Of a stretch of 33,687 nucleotides of DNA, positions 28,153-33,687 are shown one piece after another. Position numbers and translations under genes: made by a program. Source of the stretch: Planctomycetota bacterium (GTDB taxonomy: Bacteria; Planctomycetota; UBA1135). The stretch's first letter is position 1, and every line of letters begins with the position of its first letter. The DNA lies in NCBI GenBank assembly GCA_045047305.1, contig JASFYO010000023.1:1-33687 (forward strand). Direction: 5' to 3'. The notes under the pieces were generated by a model. The model did no database searches, had not been told where the DNA came from, and was given only the letters and a program-made list of their open reading frames with translations.

Positions 28153-29499
28153 ATGGAGACCGTCCCCGTGATTGGAGCTGGCCTGGCTGGTTCGGAAGCT
28201 GCCCTGCAACTTGCAGCGGCAGGTTTTCGCGTGGTCCTGCATGAAATGCGGCCGATTGTGCCAACGGCAGCCCACCAAACAGACCATGCGGCAGAGCTAG
28301 TTTGTTCGAATTCGATGGGCTCAATGCTGGCGGACCGCCCGGCTGGTGTCCTACAAGCAGAATTGCGCAGCCTGAATTGCCATCTACTCCCCCTCGCCGA
28401 AGCCAACTCGGTGCCAGCTGGTGCAGCATTGGCCGTCGACCGTGACGCATTCGGTGCTGCCGTCACTGCACATCTCGAAGCACATCCCAATATTGAGTTG
28501 CGCCGGGGTGAAGTTTTGGAAGTACCGGATCATGGTCCGTGCATCATTGCATCGGGGCCGCTGACCTCGGAATCATTGGCCGCATCGATACAACGCCTCA
28601 CTGGGGAGGAACATTTATCCTTTTTTGACGCGATTGCTCCTGTCGTGGTCGCCGACTCGGTAGACCGCACGGTAGTTTTTGAAGCAGCGCGTTGGGGCAA
28701 TGGGGATCCCGATTACCTCAACATTCCGTTGAACCGGGAAGAGTACACCACTTTTGTCGAGGCCATGATTGCCGCCGAGAAGCACGAACTCAAAGGATTC
28801 GAAGCTGCCGATCCGCGTGCCAAACAGTTCTTCGAACGCTGTCTTCCTGTCGAGATTCTGGCTGCACGTGGTTTGGAATCCCTACGCTTTGGCCCGATGC
28901 GCCCGGTCGGCCTAGATGACCCCCGCAGCGGCCGTTGGCCTTGGGCGGTAATCCAATTGCGGCGAGAAAATGCGGCTGGCACCTTGCACAATATGGTCGG
29001 CTTTCAAACCAACCTCAAGTACGGCGAGCAGGAATCCTTACTGCGCTCCCTTCCCGGCATGCAGAATGCAGAATTCGTCCGCCTCGGCAGTATGCATCGC
29101 AACACCTTCCTCGACAGTCCCAAAATGCTCACTGCGAATCTCGAGTTCCGTGAGCGTGATGGCCTGTTCTTCGCCGGCCAAATTACCGGCATGGAAGGGT
29201 ATTTGGGCAATATCGGCAGTGGATTAATTGCCGGGCGCAACCTCGTGCGCCGTCTCAAAGGCCTGAAGCCAGAGCCACTGCCACGCGAAACCTTGCTTGG
29301 CGCGTTAAGCCATCATGTCGCCGAAGCCCCGACCAAGGACTTCCAGCCAATGAAGGCTCATTTCGGCCTATTGCCCCCACTAGTGCCGCCACGCAAGAAA
29401 GCCGAACGTCGCCCCGCCTATGCCCAGCGCAGTGCTGCGCTGATGGAAGAGTTCAGGCATAATCAGGCCGCCGAAATGGCCACACCCGCCCCATCCTAA
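28153..29499 (+). CDS. trmFO: Folate/FAD-dependent tRNA (uracil-54-C5)-methyltransferase
   Basis: VIGAGLAGSEAA, AELVCSNS, FFDAIAP, FERCLPVE, FGPMRPVGL, VGFQTNL, MHRNTF, FAGQITG.EGY; start at ATG 28153. Confidence 0.96.
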   Translation: METVPVIGAGLAGSEAALQLAAAGFRVVLHEMRPIVPTAAHQTDHAAELVCSNSMGSMLADRPAGVLQAELRSLNCHLLPLAEANSVPAGAALAVDRDAFGAAVTAHLEAHPNIELRRGEVLEVPDHGPCIIASGPLTSESLAASIQRLTGEEHLSFFDAIAPVVVADSVDRTVVFEAARWGNGDPDYLNIPLNREEYTTFVEAMIAAEKHELKGFEAADPRAKQFFERCLPVEILAARGLESLRFGPMRPVGLDDPRSGRWPWAVIQLRRENAAGTLHNMVGFQTNLKYGEQESLLRSLPGMQNAEFVRLGSMHRNTFLDSPKMLTANLEFRERDGLFFAGQITGMEGYLGNIGSGLIAGRNLVRRLKGLKPEPLPRETLLGALSHHVAEAPTKDFQPMKAHFGLLPPLVPPRKKAERRPAYAQRSAALMEEFRHNQAAEMATPAPS

Positions 29500-29503
29500 G
29501 ACC

Positions 29504-31075
29504 ATGCAGACCACTTCTGAGATTACCCCTTTCGCCAACGAGCCTTTCACCGATTTCTCCCTTGAGGAGAATGCTGCTGCCTTCCGTGCAGCTCTAGAGA
29601 AAATCTCGAGTTCCCACCCAATTGTTGGCCGCCTCTGGATTGACGGCGAAGACAGAGAGGGCGGAGCAGGTACTTTTGAATCCACCGACCCAAGCCAGAC
29701 CTCGCGCGTAGTTGCAAACTGTGCCAAGGCCAACCGCAAGGATGCATTAAGTGCTATCGCTGGTGCGCATAAAGCATTCGGTGCATGGTCGATGAAAACG
29801 GCTGAAGAACGCGCCGAATATTTGTTCAAGGCGGCTCGCACCATGCGTTTACGCAAACATGAATTCAGTGCCCAAATGGTTTACGAAGTGGGTAAAACCT
29901 GGGCCGAGGCCGACGGCGACACAGCCGAAGCTATCGACTTCCTGGAGTTCTATGCACGAGAAGCTCTACGCTATGGACGTAAGCAACCCATCACCCCGAC
30001 CCCGGGCGAAGACAATGAGTTGATTTACATTCCACTTGGTGTGGGGGTAGTGATTCCACCTTGGAACTTCCCACTTGCAATCCTTGCTGGCATGACCACC
30101 GCTGCCTTAGTCACAGGTAATGCCGTGGTTTTGAAATGTGCCTCCGATAGCCCAGGCATCGCGACGATGTTTGTGGACCTGATGAAGGAAGTTGGCCTAC
30201 CTGGAGGCGTCCTCCAGTTCTGCCCAGGCGCTGGTTCTGAAGTCGGCAACACTTTGGTGGAGCACCCGCTCACTCGTTTCATCACCTTCACCGGTTCTGC
30301 GGAAGTTGGCAAAGGCATCTACGAGAAAGCTGGAAAGACCGGCGAAGGCCAGATGTGGCTCAAGCGCGTCGTTGCAGAAATGGGCGGCAAGGACTTTATG
30401 TTTGTCGATGAAGATGGCGACATCGATAAGGCCGTAGTTGGCACCCACGCTGCAACCTTTGGCTACCAAGGCCAAAAGTGTTCTGCCTGCTCACGGTTGA
30501 TTCTGCACGAAAAGATCCACGACGAGTTCATGGAGAAGTTTCTGCCATTGGTCGAAGCCACCACTATGGGGCACCCATCCGATGCCAATAACTTCATGGG
30601 CGCAATGATCAACGAAAAGGCTCTCAATGGCGCGCTTTCAGGCATTGAAGCGGCAAAGAAAGAGGGCAACACTTTGGTTGCTGGCGGCGAAAAGGGTGAA
30701 GGCGAAGGCTGGTACTTGCAGCCCACCGTATTCACCGGCGTCGGACGCAAGGACACCATCTTTCAAGAAGAGCTTTTTGCACCACTCCTTGCGGTGCATA
30801 AAGTGTCCAGCTACGAAGAAGGTGTAGAAGCAGCCAATGACACTGCCTTTGGGCTTACCGGTGCTTACTTCAGCGCCGATGAAAGCAAACTTGAACGGGC
30901 CAAGCGCGATTTGCATTGTGGCAATCTCTACTTGAACCGCAAGTGCACCGGCGCGCTCGTCGGCGTACATCCTTTCGGCGGATTCAACCTCTCCGGCACC
31001 GATTCCAAAGCCGGCGGACGCGATTACCTGCTCTTGTTCCTACAAGGCAAATCCATTACGCGTGCCACAAAGTAA
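29504..31075 (+). CDS. pruA: L-glutamate gamma-semialdehyde (P5C) dehydrogenase
   Basis: PFANEPFTDF, AEAIDFLEFYAR, PWNFPLAI, FTGS, EMGGK, GQKCSACSR, GNLYLNRKCTGALVGVHPFGGF..SGTDSKAGG (RocA/PruA type). Confidence 0.93.
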   Translation: MQTTSEITPFANEPFTDFSLEENAAAFRAALEKISSSHPIVGRLWIDGEDREGGAGTFESTDPSQTSRVVANCAKANRKDALSAIAGAHKAFGAWSMKTAEERAEYLFKAARTMRLRKHEFSAQMVYEVGKTWAEADGDTAEAIDFLEFYAREALRYGRKQPITPTPGEDNELIYIPLGVGVVIPPWNFPLAILAGMTTAALVTGNAVVLKCASDSPGIATMFVDLMKEVGLPGGVLQFCPGAGSEVGNTLVEHPLTRFITFTGSAEVGKGIYEKAGKTGEGQMWLKRVVAEMGGKDFMFVDEDGDIDKAVVGTHAATFGYQGQKCSACSRLILHEKIHDEFMEKFLPLVEATTMGHPSDANNFMGAMINEKALNGALSGIEAAKKEGNTLVAGGEKGEGEGWYLQPTVFTGVGRKDTIFQEELFAPLLAVHKVSSYEEGVEAANDTAFGLTGAYFSADESKLERAKRDLHCGNLYLNRKCTGALVGVHPFGGFNLSGTDSKAGGRDYLLLFLQGKSITRATK

Positions 31076-31874
31076 GGGCGAGACCCAAGACCGACGGGTA
31101 GAACCGGTTCCGGATTCATACGACCCTGAAGAAGTCTATGATCCGGAATCGAGTGCCCGTCCTGGTCTCGCGGTTTGGCTCATGCTCGGACCAACCCTTA
31201 GCATCTTCGGAACTTTGGGTTGGCTACGCATGGTTTCGGGCGTACGTTACTCCACCATTCTGGAATTCGATGGCTTCGCGCTATTTCTCGACTTCCTATT
31301 ACTAACGCTTTTCATCGGCTCCCATTCTCTGCTCGCACGCGGCTGGGGACGACGCCTGCTTAACCGTCCCTTTGGCCCCGATGCGGAACGCCCACTTTAT
31401 GTGTTGGTGACTGGCATCACCCTTGCTCTGATGACCTTCTTCTGGATCGATACTGGACCATTAGTTTGGCGCTGGTGGGGTTGGACCTCCATCCTCCCAC
31501 GCTTAGTGCAGATCCCCGGAGCCATTTTGGTGCTCTGCTCAGTGCTGGCGGTTGGTGGTGGCGGATTGCTTGGGATTCCACATCTTCGCGCCCTAGAGTT
31601 CGGACGTCAGGCTCCAAAACAAGAGTTCGTTGCGCTTCCACCCTATTCCTGGGTTCGCCAACCACTGAATCTAGGCATTCTCATGATTCTGGTTGGCATG
31701 CCCGAGGTCACCTTGGATCGCTTACTGCTGTTGTTGGGCATGGGCGTATGGATCTTGTTGGCTGCACCCATGGAAGAGCGCGATGCCGAACTACAATTCG
31801 GTAAAGGCTATGCAGCCTACAAGGTACGGACTCCCCGTTGGCTTCCTCGGCTACGCCTAGCCGACAAGGAATGA
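31062..31874 (+). CDS. ICMT-superfamily membrane methyltransferase, MddA/nurim-like (start uncertain; first ATG at 31182)
   Basis: HSLLAR, ERPLYVL, W...GPLVW, YSWVRQP, EERD...FG..Y..Y...TPRWLP; several TM helices. Confidence 0.7.
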   Translation: MPQSKGETQDRRVEPVPDSYDPEEVYDPESSARPGLAVWLMLGPTLSIFGTLGWLRMVSGVRYSTILEFDGFALFLDFLLLTLFIGSHSLLARGWGRRLLNRPFGPDAERPLYVLVTGITLALMTFFWIDTGPLVWRWWGWTSILPRLVQIPGAILVLCSVLAVGGGGLLGIPHLRALEFGRQAPKQEFVALPPYSWVRQPLNLGILMILVGMPEVTLDRLLLLLGMGVWILLAAPMEERDAELQFGKGYAAYKVRTPRWLPRLRLADKE

Positions 31875-33286
31875 GTAAGTCCTGGATTGATTCTTTGCGC
31901 GGCATAGTTGGCAGCCGCTACGTGCTGCAAGACGCGGCTTCGCTCCTGACTTATGAATCCGATGCCCTAACTCTATTCCGCTGTTCCCCATCAGCCGTGG
32001 TGTTGCCCAACACCGCAGAGGAAGTGATGGCGGTGATGTGTGTTTTGCATCAAGCAAAAATCCCTTGCGCGGCACGCGGTGCTGGAACCGGATTAAGTGG
32101 TGGTGCCTTAGTCCCAAAAGGCGGGGTGGTCATCTCGATGACCCGGATGAATCGCATTCTAGAAATCGATCCTTCCACTCACTCTGCCCGGGTAGAACCA
32201 GGAGTCGTGAATCTGGACTTGTCACGGCAAGCGCAAAAGCATCGACTGCGTTACGCCCCGGACCCAGCAAGTCAGACCGTAAGCACCCTTGGCGGCAACG
32301 TGGCGGAGAACGCTGGCGGCCCTATGTGTTTCTTGCACGGCACCACCACCAATCATTTTCTAGCCGCCAAAGTCGTGCTGGCCGACGGCAGTCTGCACCA
32401 CTGGTCCACCACCGACGACCTCGATTTGCGCGGTTTCCTTTGCGGTTCCGAAGGCACCCTTGGCATCATGGTGGAACTCACCTTAAAACTGATTCCGATT
32501 CCGCAAAAAGTGGTCACCTTGCTTGCCGGCTTCTGCGATGTCCGCCAAGCCTGTGCTGCAGTCGCAGCAATTGTTGCAGCCGGATTACGTCCTGTAGCAC
32601 TGGAAGTTATGGATCAAAAAGCGATTCAGGCGGTGGAGAATTCGGTGTATCGCGCAGGCTTGCCGCTGCATGCTGGCGCCATCTTGATCACCGAGATGGA
32701 GGGCACCAAAACCACGGTTGATGCTGAAGTCCCGAAGCTGGAGGCCACACTGCAAAGTTTCCATCCGCTCTGCCTCGAGCGCGCGGAAACAAAAGAACAG
32801 CGCATTGCGATTTGGAAAGGGCGTAAAGGGGCGGGCGGCGCCATGGGCCAATTAGCCCCAGACTCCTATGTAATGGACGGAGTGGTGCCGCGCTCCAAAT
32901 TGACAGAAATCATGGCCTTCGTCGAACAGGTAGAAGCAGATGTGGGCTTACCTGTCGCCAACCTCTTCCACGCTGGCGACGGCAACATACACCCCCACTT
33001 TGCATATGACGCACGCGATCCGCAACAATGCCAAGCCGTGGAGGAGGCCGGTGCAAAAATCCTGCGTAAGTGCTTAGACCTAGGTGGATCTCTTTCGGGG
33101 GAACATGGAATTGGGTTAGAAAAGCAACATCTCTTAGGGGAACAATTTGGCGCGGCAGAAATCGCCTTAATGACACGCCTGAGACAAGTTTTCAATCCAG
33201 AAGATTTGCTCAATCCTGGCAAGGGCTTACCCATGTCCCGCGGTTGCGCTGAAGCCTTCCATCGCCATCGGGGAGGCAAATCGTGA
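31871..33286 (+). CDS. glcD: FAD-linked oxidase, glycolate oxidase subunit GlcD-like
   Basis: RGAGTGLSGGA, YAPDPASQ..STLGGNVAENAGG, GSEGTLG, DGVVPRS, HAGDGNIHP, SGEHGIG.EK, LNPGK; ATGA overlap with the upstream gene. Confidence 0.88.
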   Translation: MSKSWIDSLRGIVGSRYVLQDAASLLTYESDALTLFRCSPSAVVLPNTAEEVMAVMCVLHQAKIPCAARGAGTGLSGGALVPKGGVVISMTRMNRILEIDPSTHSARVEPGVVNLDLSRQAQKHRLRYAPDPASQTVSTLGGNVAENAGGPMCFLHGTTTNHFLAAKVVLADGSLHHWSTTDDLDLRGFLCGSEGTLGIMVELTLKLIPIPQKVVTLLAGFCDVRQACAAVAAIVAAGLRPVALEVMDQKAIQAVENSVYRAGLPLHAGAILITEMEGTKTTVDAEVPKLEATLQSFHPLCLERAETKEQRIAIWKGRKGAGGAMGQLAPDSYVMDGVVPRSKLTEIMAFVEQVEADVGLPVANLFHAGDGNIHPHFAYDARDPQQCQAVEEAGAKILRKCLDLGGSLSGEHGIGLEKQHLLGEQFGAAEIALMTRLRQVFNPEDLLNPGKGLPMSRGCAEAFHRHRGGKS

Positions 33287-33687
33287 TACAAAACTTGCGA
33301 CCGACTTCACGCGAAGAGGCGCAATCGTTATTGCGCCAAGCGCACGAAAATGGTTATTCCGTGCTCGCAACCGGCCATGGTTCAAGAATGCAACGCAGCC
33401 TCCCCGATGCTGATCCGGATTGCTGGTTGCACCTTCAAGGGCTCAAAGATTTGATTTGGCTCGATGCAGAGGACCAAACCTGTTGCGTGGAAGCCGGAAT
33501 GTCTTTGCAGAACTTGCAAGACCTTCTAGAGCCACATCAACTGCAGCTAGACGTTGTGGTGCCGATGCAAACCGAGGGAACCCTTGGCGGTCTTTTTCTG
33601 TCGCGTGAAAAATCCCTCACCGAAAGGAGATGTGGTGCTCTACGAGACCAAGTGCTCGGTGCGACTTGGTTGATGGCCGATGGAAGC
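33283..33687 (+). CDS. glcE: FAD-binding oxidoreductase, GlcE-like (partial, runs off the window; absent from the ORF track)
   Basis: GTGA overlap with the glcD stop and GGGAGG RBS; translation MIQNLRPTSREEAQ...GHGSR...DQTCCVEAGMSL...GTLGG...GALRDQVLGATWLMADGS is open to the window end. Confidence 0.8.
   Translation, partial: MIQNLRPTSREEAQSLLRQAHENGYSVLATGHGSRMQRSLPDADPDCWLHLQGLKDLIWLDAEDQTCCVEAGMSLQNLQDLLEPHQLQLDVVVPMQTEGTLGGLFLSREKSLTERRCGALRDQVLGATWLMADGS

Noticed and set aside
32038..32721. 227-aa alternative-frame ORF inside glcD, and the many other short nested ORFs in the track
   Set aside because: They are fully nested in well-supported genes and have Arg/Ser/Pro-rich, off-frame composition

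Overview
Gene-dense bacterial chromosomal segment with about 29 protein-coding genes and one tRNA. I saw no integrase, transposase, prophage or CRISPR array. The gene content (DUF1570-type metallopeptidase, secreted prenyltransferase/squalene-cyclase-fold protein, CRTAC1/ASPIC and FG-GAP repeat proteins, lpxB) suggests a diderm, probably a Planctomycetota/PVC organism; this is an inference. Housekeeping genes include grpE, lpxB, queF, an RND pump plus MFP, rhlE, a class III-like Zn-ADH, a U32 hydroxylase plus ferredoxin, gltX with tRNA-Met, trmFO, pruA and glcD/glcE. Main finding: the two ORF-track fragments at 21084-21311 and 20343-21017 (- strand) form one continuous 322-codon frame. It is interrupted by a single TGA exactly where the first Cys of a thioredoxin active site belongs (P-U-G-P-C), and a perfect 8-bp hairpin with bacterial SECIS geometry follows. 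This predicts a signal-peptide-bearing, exported thioredoxin-fold selenoprotein that standard annotation would split. Other observations: a likely gene remnant just downstream, repeated -10 boxes 6-11 nt before start codons (leaderless or short-leader expression), overlapping divergent promoters, an LpxB N-terminal extension head-to-head with a kinase, an MddA/nurim-like methyltransferase, and a branched terminator-like RNA structure. All family assignments come from motif recognition by eye; no database search was run.
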